Shown in pieces: positions 10,351 to 20,942 of a DNA stretch of 64,000 nt (positions are counted from its first letter, which is position 1; the number at the start of each line of letters is the position of its first letter). Location of the stretch: positions 1,594,730 through 1,658,729 of the forward strand of contig NW_003314304.1 in the NCBI RefSeq assembly GCF_000143415.4, written 5' to 3'. Under the pieces are notes generated by a model. The model made no database searches, was not told the origin of the DNA, and saw nothing but the letters and a program-made list of their open reading frames with translations. The DNA comes from Selaginella moellendorffii. Lineage: Eukaryota; Plantae; Lycopodiophyta. The position numbers and the translations under genes were made by a program.

Positions 10351-13300
10351 CTAAATACCTTTGCAGACCCATATTTGTTTTCCCTCCAAAATTATAGGAT
10401 GAAGAGCAAAATATTTTTCCATGATTGTCTCCTGTTTTTCTTCTTTCCCAAATTTAGTTGTCACTAGCTTAAATATCTTTTGCACATCTTCTGCTTTGGG
10501 ATTTGTAGGTAGCTTGCTTTTAAGAAGACATGAATCCAAAAAACTTATGAGGCTTCCCTTGATCTCATCCACTATTGCATTCACTATCTCTCCAACACCA
10601 GCAAAATGTCTTCCAACTTTGGCCCCAATAAATAATAGGATCAATGTATATTTAAGTACTGGAGCAAATTTTTTGAGCCAATTTGGTGGGAGATCCAATT
10701 CAACACCTATAGAACTCTTCACTTGATGACCTTTAGAAGTTCCTTCAGGCCATTCACACAAGTAGTGAAGTCTACCATGTGTTCCCAGTATTTTACTGTA
10801 ATTTTTCCACATATTATTCTCATCAAGAATATATGGATATTTTGGGTAATCTGTCTCTAATTTCAATAATACTTGAAAACACGTTATATGGATTGCATTC
10901 ACTTTATCCATGATAAACTTGAGTCCATTCTTGAGCTTGTTAACGCTTACTTCAATATCATTAAGTTTTGTATCTAACTTGTCAAAACGGTTCTCCATTT
11001 TATCAAACATCTTCTTAATATATCTGAGGATTGCATCAAGTTTTGGGTCTTCAATGTTTGGAAACTCAACAATATCTGATGATGCTTTGGGAATTGTGAC
11101 TTCTCCAACCTCCTTATAGTCCTTCAAGAGTTCATGAAGTTCAACAAACTTATTCACCAGTTCATGTTTTTGCTCCTTAGGCATCAATAGCTTAGCCAAA
11201 GCATTCTCATCTGAGACCTTTAAATCATTATTCACATCCCAGCTCTCTGCTTCATGTGAATAATTCCAAGTGTGAGAGTATTCTAGACCTCTTTCTCTTG
11301 CTTCATATTTGACTTGCTTTAGTGGACAAACAACTGAAGCCCATAATTCTAATTTGTCCACCTTATTTAGTATCCTTCTCCATACATAACCACGTCTCAT
11401 CACATTTTCTTCAATTTCCAAAGATGGGCAATCCTCCATACATACCCCAATAATGCAATTTCTAATTTTTTCCATCCATCCTTCAGCTTCCTTTTCTAAA
11501 TCCAGCCTTGGTGTATTCTCTACCTCTTTTGGGTAGTAAATGATGACATCAACCCATTGCCTATCTTTCCAATTGTCTGTGTCTCCCCCAACTCTCACAA
11601 TTATCTCGATAAGGTTTTTTTTCAAAGCCACCCATCCATTCCCAAGCCTGAAACCTTTCTTGCTTAATTTGTAAAGTTTAACTTGGATCTTTGTGAAAAT
11701 ACTTGCAGGAAACAATTTCAGCTCCTTGTCTTTGCATTCAAACCTCCTGCCCCAGTAGTTGTGGTTTTTTTGAGTGTTAATTGACAATAAATATCCTGAA
11801 GGTGAATAGTCTTCTTGCAATAGTGTTGGCATTATCAACTCTTTGGGCAAGTTATGCCAATTCCCATCCCATGTTTCATCCCAAGGCAATATCACTCCCA
11901 TCTCATGGAGCACTCCAAGAATGTACTCCACTATTTTGTCTTGCTTCCCACATTGTTGCTTCAACTGATGTTTAACTCTATGTGTTTCCATTTTACTTTT
12001 GAGTTTGCTTGTCTCAGTATGTATGAAGAGTTGCACCACATCCCTCATAAACCATTGGACATCTAAGATGACAAATTGAGACACAATGTCGTCCTCTTCA
12101 TGTCCCAAGCCAAAGTAAATTGCATCACCAGAATCATGTAGAAATTGCAAGACGAACTTGAGAACATTCTTGGAACTCCTGTGAGGCAAGAGAATTTTGC
12201 CAACTTTTTCTAGGGGTATGACCTTCTTGTGACTTGGATCTTGTACCAATTTCCTCTTTGCTTTGAGACATTCCCGTGGTATTTGTTGCTGGGCTGACAG
12301 CAGTTCCTCCAAGCAACTCCCCAACATGGTTTTTATCCCCCTTAAATCTTTCACTTGAGTGGCCACCACCTCAAAACAAAAGTCATTCCCAAACTCAAGT
12401 ACTTGCCAATAGCCTTTGTCGGAGATTATTGCAGAAACCACCTCCTTTGGGTCAAAGTCGGGTTCTGGAGTGAAAAAGTTCAAGGCAATCAAGACCCTGG
12501 GCTTCCTTTTGGGTGAGGCTGATTGATGTGAAGCGATGAACCTCAGCCAGTAAACCAAATTCTGCTTGAAAACGTCACAATTGTCATCCTCCACCTTGCA
12601 TACGATCAAGAAGAGATCCTTCTCACTTCCTCTGAGAAAGTACTGGTGGAAAGCATGGAACTCTTCCTGTCCAGCCAGGTCGCAAATGAGCAGCTTTTGT
12701 TTGGTGGTCGCATAGACAAGTGGTTGCAGCTCAATGCCTGCTGTTGAAGCATGCCTTTGGAGACATGATGGAAACCAAGACACTCTGCGGCAGAGGTTTT
12801 TTTTTATTGTGGTCTTTCCAACCCTGCTAGCACCACACAAGAAGAGCTTTGCTGTTGACGGGTTGTCAAAGTCTTTGAATGCACTCTGCTGGAAGATTGC
12901 ATTCCGCTCTAAAAGACCAGAACACCTCTACTTGAAAGCTTCAGAAGCTTCGGAATCATTGCCTATATCAAGCTCTTCCACGAGGCTTTGGTAGTTTTCC
13001 TCCAAGGCAGCCAGAATTTGTCTTTTCTGTGCATCGCTATCAAGAAAAGGAGCCCTGAATCTGCGCACCTTGCATTTTGGATCCCCCAGCAACTGGCAAA
13101 GATCTTCCAGCTTTTCAATTTCTCCCTGACGTATTTCCAAGTCTTCAATGCTGCTTCCCAAAAGGCACCTCCATGGCAGTTCCGAGTGACATGACAAAGC
13201 TTTCAGATGCTTGCAGCTGGTGATAGCTTTCCAAAAGAGCTCCCCATTCGTGATTTTGCAATTGAATATAACCAAATGCTCCAGTTGGCTCTTCTCTATG

Positions 13301-14631
13301 CCCTCGGCAAACTCCAACGTTAACTCATCTTCTCCTCCCCATATTTCCAAATGGCGCAGCTTACAATGTGGACTTGAGAGGGCTGACCACAGACTGCTGT
13401 CACAGACCACTCCTCCTCCCTCGTTGCGAAAAGAAAGTTTAAGCTTGATCAGCTTGCAATTGGGATTTTGTAGCGCTTTGCCCAACCATCCACCACCATC
13501 ACCTGGATAAAGTGTAACGCTGAGTTCCTCCAAGCCACACTTAGCGCTGCTCAGGGCCTCACCCAGGCCCGTTGCATTGCTCAGGTCCTCACTCTGTCCT
13601 TGGCAATTTAAAACTGACAGGCTGGTGCCCTCCTGAAGAGCCTTGCATACCCATGGCAACACTCCAGCATCACTATCCCATAGGGATAGTCTTTGCAGCG
13701 AACAGCTTGGACTCGTGAGTGCCTTGAAGAGTGCTTCACCTGCCTCCTCTGGAAACGGTGCCACCAGTTCTACTAGCTTATTGAAAATGCCATTCTGAAA
13801 TGCCTGTTCCCACCCTTCCTTGCCAATGACGTTATCCAGGATGACTAACTCTTCCACCTTGCACTCCTGACTTGCCAGATCCCTACTCAATTTCCCAAAT
13901 CCTTCCACTGTCATCCTGTTCCTAGTCAAGACGAGACGTTTCAAGTTGTTTCCTGGTTTCCTAAGGAGTTGGCTAAGGAGAGTCTCTGGGTTCCCAACCT
14001 TGTCCAACCTGAGCTCTGTCAAGCAGTCGAGCTGAGCAAAGGCCAACTCAAGCTCCTGAGGTGGTGTGAGGATGTCTTTGCCTCCTTGCCAACCTAGCCC
14101 TTTCCAGACTTTGAATTCCTCCGTCATCAGTAGCTTCGCAAACCTCTGTACCTCAATCTGGCCAATATCCTGTCCCTGCTGAGGAGGAGCAATGCCCTCT
14201 GCCACCCTTTGCATTCGATCACTGGGAATGCCCAACCTACAAGCGACCCTGGCAGCGAAGTGGATGAATCTGATGTCGAGCTGTGGTACCAAAGCGGCCT
14301 TGAGAATGTCAATGTGAGCAGCAGCAGCAGCAGACGAACTGCCATCACCAGGAGCATCTCCCACATCCAGAGCCCTGTCTAAACAGGGCGGATTTGAAAT
14401 GCACCAGTTGAGCACACCAATCAGATCCTCCTCTGTGCCTCCAAACCTCTCGACGGTAGCACTCACCTCATCAACAAACTCACCTTTGGATGAGTGAAGC
14501 CTCTCCAAGATCTCCCCACAAAAAAACTGAATCGCATCGAAGTGCCGCTTGTTGTCCCGCTCCGCTGCGAGAGCCTCCTTGATCTCCTTGACAGAGTCAC
14601 AGCCGATCCACACTCGTCGCTCCTCCTCCAT
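10351..14631 (-). pseudogene. LRR-Roc-COR (ROCO, TORNADO1-like) gene, copy 1, interrupted by one nonsense codon
   Basis: ORFs 12928-14631 (LRRs) and 10351-12840 (GASRVGKTT, DLAGQEEF, COR) are in the same frame, separated by TAG at 12928-12930 where copy 2 has CAG. Confidence 0.9.
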
Positions 14632-14727
14632 GGAAGTTTGCCCTAGACCGAGTGATCATGAGTAAACTTCTCCCAGCTGTGGATAAGAAAGTAAGCACGA
14701 GTTAGTTTAGGGTTTAGAACAGATAAA

Positions 14728-17177
14728 ATGGGGAAGAAGGGGAAAGGGAAAAGAGAAGATCGTCGCCACGACAAGGTGTTAGACGAGGATGATATCGATG
14801 CGATCTTGGTAAGCAATCTCTGGCCAAAGACTCTCAATTGTTTTCCTTTTTGTCAGGCTAAACTCCACGAGGAGGAAGCAGAAATTCATGTCGATGAGAA
14901 TGTAGCAGCTCCTTCACCAATGCAATTGCTCTGTGCGTAAGAATTCGATTGAAATCTCCACTCTGGAAGCTCACATTCTCTAGACTTCTTTTCTTGCGTT
15001 TCAGGTGACTGTAAATCCAGTCAAGGACACTGAGCTGATCGTCTATGGAGGTGAATACTAACAACGGTGACAAGGTTTGTGGTTAGTTTCGCTACGGTGA
15101 TTTGATCTTCGTGTTTGCTATGCTAGACTTTACGTTTATGGTGATCTCTACCGATACAACATCGAGAAGAACGAGTGGAAGCCTGTCACCAGTCCAAACT
15201 CTCCTCCCCCGAGGCGGTTGCGTGGAAAAACTGGCTCTTCAGTTTTGGTATCCAGGAATTCTCTTGATTTTGGCAGTGTAGGTGGTGAATTCGGTTTCAT
15301 GACTATAAGGTGTGTTTCTAGCTGACTTACAAGAGAGTTCTTGCAGGATTTATGGAGACTGGATTTAAACACAAATATCTGGCGGGAGCAGCTTCAACTA
15401 AAAGGCTGTCCAGGTGCTCGTTCCGGACATAGATTGGTATGTATTGCGCTTCTAAACATAATCTTTATTTTTTTCTTTCTTGCCACAGAAACATAAACTT
15501 ATTCTATTTGGTGGATTTTATGACACGCTGAGGGAAGAAAGGTCGGCTGTTTCAGCAGTGTAGATGTTTAGTATTGAATTTTTGACACAGGTACTTCAAT
15601 AATCTTTAAGTGCTGGATTTAGACGATTATAAGGTTTGTTTCTGTCGCTCATCGTTCTTCCTTGTTTTTTAACAACTAAACTGATTTCCTTTTGCAGTGG
15701 CAAGAGATAAAACCCAAGCTTGGAGCTGCCTGGCCTTCAGCTGGAACTGGTTCTCAGCTTGCTGTTTATTTAGATGAGGTATTTGTCTACTAAAAGTATA
15801 GTTTTGCGTGTTGTGAACATTTTTTCTTTTCTAGATTTTCTTGTACGGTGGCTATTTCAAAGAGCCTGTGCTTGTTTTACATTCTCGTTTGGAGTTTTAG
15901 TTTTTCAATGTGTTTTGTGAAGGTGAAAAAATCCGGTATGGCTCCTGGCCAAGAGCAGGATTTTTGTCCACATCTTGTTTGGTGGTGTAGTTGATGCTGA
16001 TGAGTACGGTTTCAATGCATGCGTTGGAAAAACTAATGTCTTTTGCAGGTGATTCCCTGCACAGCGTTTTTATGATCGAGATGTATATGCTTTCCAGATG
16101 GTTTGTATCTCGTCGATTTTTTAAAAATTATCTAAGCACCATCGCTCGCAGGTATCCTTTGGAGCAAAGAGCCTAAAGATTAAGGTATGGCAATCTGAGA
16201 TTGTGTAGTGGTTAAGTGTGCATCCAAAGCAGAAGAAAGTGGTTGATCCAAATGTGGAAAATGCGTCTCAACGTTGAGCGTTCTGCTTGAAGGTTGTTGC
16301 CTTGTGGAAGAATGAATGCTGGAATGGTCGTTGGAAAGGATACTTTGTTTCTGTATGGAGGTATGAAAGAAGTCGGCAAAAAAAAAGTGACACGACGACC
16401 TTTCCTCGCTGGACCTTCGATGTGTGGAAGTGCATTATTGAGGTAGTATGATCGAGCCATCATCCAGCCTCATACTAATGTCTCAAGCAGGAAACACAAA
16501 GCGCGTGGATTGAAGCTAGTAAGGAGAAAGGCGAAACTGATGGTGACAACAGTGATGCTGGATCGATTAATAAAGGAAAAGACGAAGAGGACGATGACGA
16601 GGTAGTAAAAAAGAAGGATGTAAGAAAACTTGTCGGCTTCCTTTTGTATTCTAGGATGCAGTGGAGTCACTGTGAAGAGGCAGCTGCTATTCTTAGGGGC
16701 GAAGGCAAAAAGCTGACACAGAAAGCACGGAAATTAAATATCAATCCGAGCTGGGCCTGGCTGATTCCCAACAAACACTTTTGGTGAGTGCTGATAGTAG
16801 TTCATCTTCCTGTTTTGTTATTGATTTGTCTTTCAGCCTGGAGAAACGCTGAGAGATTTTTTCTCTTGGACGATCATGTATTGGCAAATGGCACCTTACG
16901 ATCACACCCAACACACTGGAAAGGTGACAACGCAGGTTTTCTTTCGCTCGTTCTTCATGCTCTATGCATCTATCAGGAGCTCAGGAAGGATGGATTTGAC
17001 TTGGCAAAGACACGCTACAGAGAACTTAAACCCGTCCTTGACAAGGTAAAGTGGTGTCTCAAGAAGGAATCCTCACAACAGCATTGTTTGATTTGCAGCT
17101 CGAGACTTGAAGCCGACCACAACGCCGAAGAGGAGGCTACCAAACCTTCCAAAGAGCGCAGCACGAAGAAACGATAA
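14728..17177 (+). pseudogene. KLHDC4: Kelch-repeat + DUF4110 protein (KLHDC4-like) pseudogene, copy 1
   Basis: Exons read MGKK..EDDIDAIL, ELIVYGGEY, GDLYRYNIEKNEWK, PGARSGHR, KLILFGGFYDT, ELRKDGFDLAKTRY; in-frame stop (NNL*) and deletions. Confidence 0.85.
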
Positions 17178-17339
17178 GGTCCGTGATCTCTGAAAGTTCT
17201 AGCTGAAAATTAAATGAATAGATTACAGTTATTCCCAGAGGTATGGTGAGTGCTTTCCTTTTCTAGAGGCAATGCCATTGACATGAAACCACTAGTATAC
17301 AATCTCTGCGTCGCATCATCAATGGTGATAGAAGGTTAA

Positions 17340-18490
17340 TTAATAACGACGATCCGAGTGCATGAAATGGATATCCAGGATAAAGTTTATATTTCCATGA
17401 TTGCTCGCAGAGTGTATGGGCCTGAGATATCCCATGGCTCGCTTTCGGTTGCCTTTCGTAAAGTGCAGAGTGAACACTCTCTCTACGCGGTCCATAAACT
17501 TTACTACCTGCAGTGCATTGGAGCAATGAAATTCCATCAGCAAGACCCTCAAAGGAAAATTTCTTCACACCTTCCGACGTTGCAAAGTGGTAACTGCCAG
17601 ACTCCAGTCACCTGAAAATTCAAAAAAACCTTTTTAGAAGTCTGCACTAATTTTCCATTTTCCATAAGTACCTTTTCATATTTCTTGCGGATCTTGACGA
17701 ATGCCATCATGTTCAAGGAGCTGCCAAGTAAGTTTTCAACACTTTGAGAACATGGATCAATCGTATAGAGGTCATTCACCTGAAGTTTCTTAGGAGTCGA
17801 AGCCCACGATAAAATTCGACAAAGGCCGTCTGGAGCATCTTGGCTGCTCGCTGAACCTTTCCTTTGTTGCCGGGGCTCCCCTTCAAGCTCTGAGATTCGT
17901 CATCTACAACATGGCAGAGATCAAACGATTCCAAGTTAAGTGCCACAGAATTAGAGGCTGCTAGAACGAACCTTGCATAGCGATGAGCTCTTCCATTTGG
18001 ATGTGAAGTTGCCGTGCTTGAGCATCGTACTCGTCTTCCTTGCATCTAAAAAAGTTGTCCACTTTGTTGAGCTGATCGTCAAGGCCGAAAAAGAAGCTCT
18101 TTTCGTGATCCGATCGAGTTCCAAACAGCTCCGTCTCGTAAAAATCCTCGCCATCTCCAATTCTCGTCTTGTGCACAACCTGATCATATTGAAGTGTTTT
18201 GTTTTGTCTTTACAGTCCAGACCATCATCACAAACCATGGACGTTTCCGAGGATATGGATTGTTCGCAGCAGCTGCTTAGAATGGCGCTGGGATTTTGCA
18301 GCAAGTTTTCAAGCTTGCTCTTGTCAACGGAGAAGACATTTGGATCGAACACCTTGTGCTGCTGGTTCTTGGTATGTAGGATCTGGGTTTTGATTCTCTT
18401 GACAACTTTCTTGAGCTGCTTGTAGTCGCAGTACTTCACCCGCCACTCTGGGACGAGCTGGCCCTCCAGCTGCTTCTGGAACTTCACCAT
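17340..18490 (-). pseudogene. PHO1: PHO1 copy 2: SPX-domain exons only, truncated before the EXS membrane domain
   Basis: Spliced exons [11 protein letters not shown].., QLNKVDNFFRCKEDE, AFVEFYRGLRLLRNF, SLNMMAFVKIRKKYEK, VVKFMDRVERVF..KRAMGYLRP; exon 5 is 41 nt (frameshift); homology ends at the unit junction ~17336. Confidence 0.8.
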
Positions 18491-19064
18491 GTCTGAAAGC
18501 TTGGATTACCTGAGGCGAACATCGTCAAGAAAACGATCAAGCAAGAGATGAAATACCTGGAGGAAATGGTGTCAAGTTCAGAATGCCTCTTCAAACTTTT
18601 CTGGCGCCTGTGCTCTGGAAGCACAGGAAGAACAGTGGCAGTGAGCATATGACGAGACAAATGGTGGCGTGGAATCATCAAATGCATTGTGCTGGGGAGG
18701 AGCACCACCAATTCTCACAAGAAAACAGCGCCTTAAGATCATCTCTGGAAAAAAGGGGGAAAGCCTTCGTTTCTCACCGACGCCAGCGAACAATTACATA
18801 AGAATACGTTATCCCGAGTGAAACTGACGCAGCAGAGTGCAAGAGGAGAGAAGAAGCAAGCGATCCATTGGCCTATGGAACTAAAAAAGGAAACAAAAGG
18901 ACAGGGAATGCAGGGGAATCTACAGGAAAAGCTGTCGTAAGTTACACACTTACACACACTCTCACACACTTCAACTCTTTTCTTGTCAACACGAGTAATT
19001 TATGCGAGCGAAAGGGAATGAAAGAATCATTTGAGCATCTAAAGCATGGAAGGAAGCGAGGCAC

Positions 19065-19922
19065 GATGATTCGTCCCTGCTTATTTTTTCGCCTATCGTT
19101 GGCTGTGTCTCCTACATTAGGACCAAAGGTCTTCCCGCATAACCATCAAGCCACGTTTCGTGGATTCGTAATGCACTCGCATAAGGCATGCCATCCTGTA
19201 AGAGAAGCAAAGCTGAATAACTCCACCAAGACAAAGCGATAAGAACGCCACCTCATATTGAAACACACGGCGGTTGTCAAGCGATAATTCAGCTCTTCGT
19301 CTGGAATGCACCAGCAAAAGAATAATGCATATGACTCAGAAAGAAGAACTTGACGTACCCGTTCGCTGCCACTTATCAAACTTGACAACCCAAGTAACGT
19401 CCCCAACCCCCATCAACCCACATACAGAAGTTCTTTCCCCTGGGAATACCGTGGAGGGGACGTAGAATCTCAACGCTTCTACGAAGATCGTCTTCTAGTT
19501 TCCACGGAGTGACCAGCGTTGAGTCAGGGGCCTGCCAGCCATTTCGTTGCTCAACCATCAAAAACTACTAAACACGAGGAACTTACCATTGGCCTTTTCA
19601 AGTGTTCAAACACCTCGTGGGAGCTTTCAACCTCGCCTCGTAACCATCTCACACTCCACGTCCGATCAACCCTTCGGTGTCCCCAGCAGTGAGCTGGCTC
19701 AGTAAGTCGGCATCCCTGGGCGAAACACAAGGATCAAACTTGAACTCTCGGATAGCTTGTAAGATTCCCGAAGCGCATCTTTCAGTGCCACGAAAGATCT
19801 TGGGATTGTCTTTGGCATTATCAAGGTACCACTACGTAAGATCTTCAAACGCATTCCCGACCTGAGATCGTCAGTGAGTGAGTGAGTGATCAATCGACTT
19901 CAAGAACTGAAACGTCTTTGAC
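19065..19922 (-). pseudogene. SPP: Duplicated 3' fragment of sucrose-phosphatase gene
   Basis: Near-identical to 34405-35213 ([32 protein letters not shown]; VVKFDKWQ). Confidence 0.8.
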
Positions 19923-20120
19923 GTCCAGCGCCTCCTCCTGATTGAGCACCGAGATCCACGTCGCGCTCTCCTTGGCAGTTATCTTGTCTTGCAAGCACTT
20001 GGACTGCCTCACGAGCTTCCTGATCTTCCCGATATCCGGGGACATGTGTCGGATCACCGCAGTGAGAACTCCAACCTTCCACACCTTCTTGAGATCATGG
20101 GGCTTCTTATACGGATCCAT
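19890..20120 (-). CDS. 76-aa ORF: EIN3 start codon fused in frame to the EIN3 DNA-binding core helices (probable remnant, possible microprotein)
   Basis: [63 protein letters not shown] matches the EIN3 family; same upstream leader as the copy-1 EIN3. Confidence 0.6.
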   Translation of the reverse strand: MDPYKKPHDLKKVWKVGVLTAVIRHMSPDIGKIRKLVRQSKCLQDKITAKESATWISVLNQEEALDVKDVSVLEVD

Positions 20121-20810
20121 CTTGCGGATCGATCGGAGTGGAAGTATTTCGAGCGCCCGCTGCCAAGAGGAGGGAATATTTCGGAGCGATTACCTCCAAT
20201 TCGCCATGGAAAGCCGAGGATCGAATGGGAAAAGCGAGGAAGATCACGGGAAGCAGAGAGAAAGAAGGAAAAAGCTCGATTCAACGCGAGCCCCTTGTGT
20301 GATTACCTAGCTCCATCGATGCCCCGTCGACGCGCGCTGCGCTCGCCGATCGCGCCCGTGACACAGTGGCGCAGCGCCTTCAAATTCGACACATTGCCCG
20401 GGCAAGCGTCACAATCCCAATGCCGCCACCGCTGCGGGCGCTGCCAACGCGATCAACGAGAATCGATGCCCTAGCGCATCAAGATCCCCGCTTTGCTCGG
20501 CGAGAGAGAGAAGAGCAAAGGCGCAGCGCCCCTCGTCATAGCCAACTACTAGGTCATAGCTATCCATCTAAATGCCGTACAATTCCCCCCAGGTCGGGTT
20601 TATGACATGGAAGTCCACTGGCTTTTTGACACGTGGCACACCTACATCTGGATTTACAAGGACGCCCTTTTCAGCCCTTCGCTTACGGTCAATTTAGCTA
20701 TCTGCCTCAAATTTAGCTAACCGGTTTGTTGCCAGATTTAGCAGCTCCCCGAATTTAAATCACTTTTGTCCAAGCTGCCAGTTTGTCGGAATCCAGTTTG
20801 GGTCATAAAA

Positions 20811-20942
20811 TGGACCACTGGGGGACGCCGGGCTCGAACCCGGACCAGCGGATGCCGCGCCGCGCCGGACTCCGGCGGTCTCGTCGCCGGACTCGAACCC
20901 GCCACCGTACGCTCCACGCCTCCACCGCTACCATACGCCTCT
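20811..20942 (-). mobile_element. Second copy of tRNA-derived/SINE-like element (middle B-box partly deleted)
   Basis: Homologous to 2460-2600. Confidence 0.45.

Larger units (their letters stand above)
1..17335. repeat. Segmental duplication unit 1 (PHO1-EIN3 remnant-tRNA-like element-AT-rich relics-ROCO-KLHDC4 pseudogene)
   Basis: Colinear similarity to 17336-33466 (e.g. 1 = 18320, 14631 = 30527, 17330 = 33460). Confidence 0.95.
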
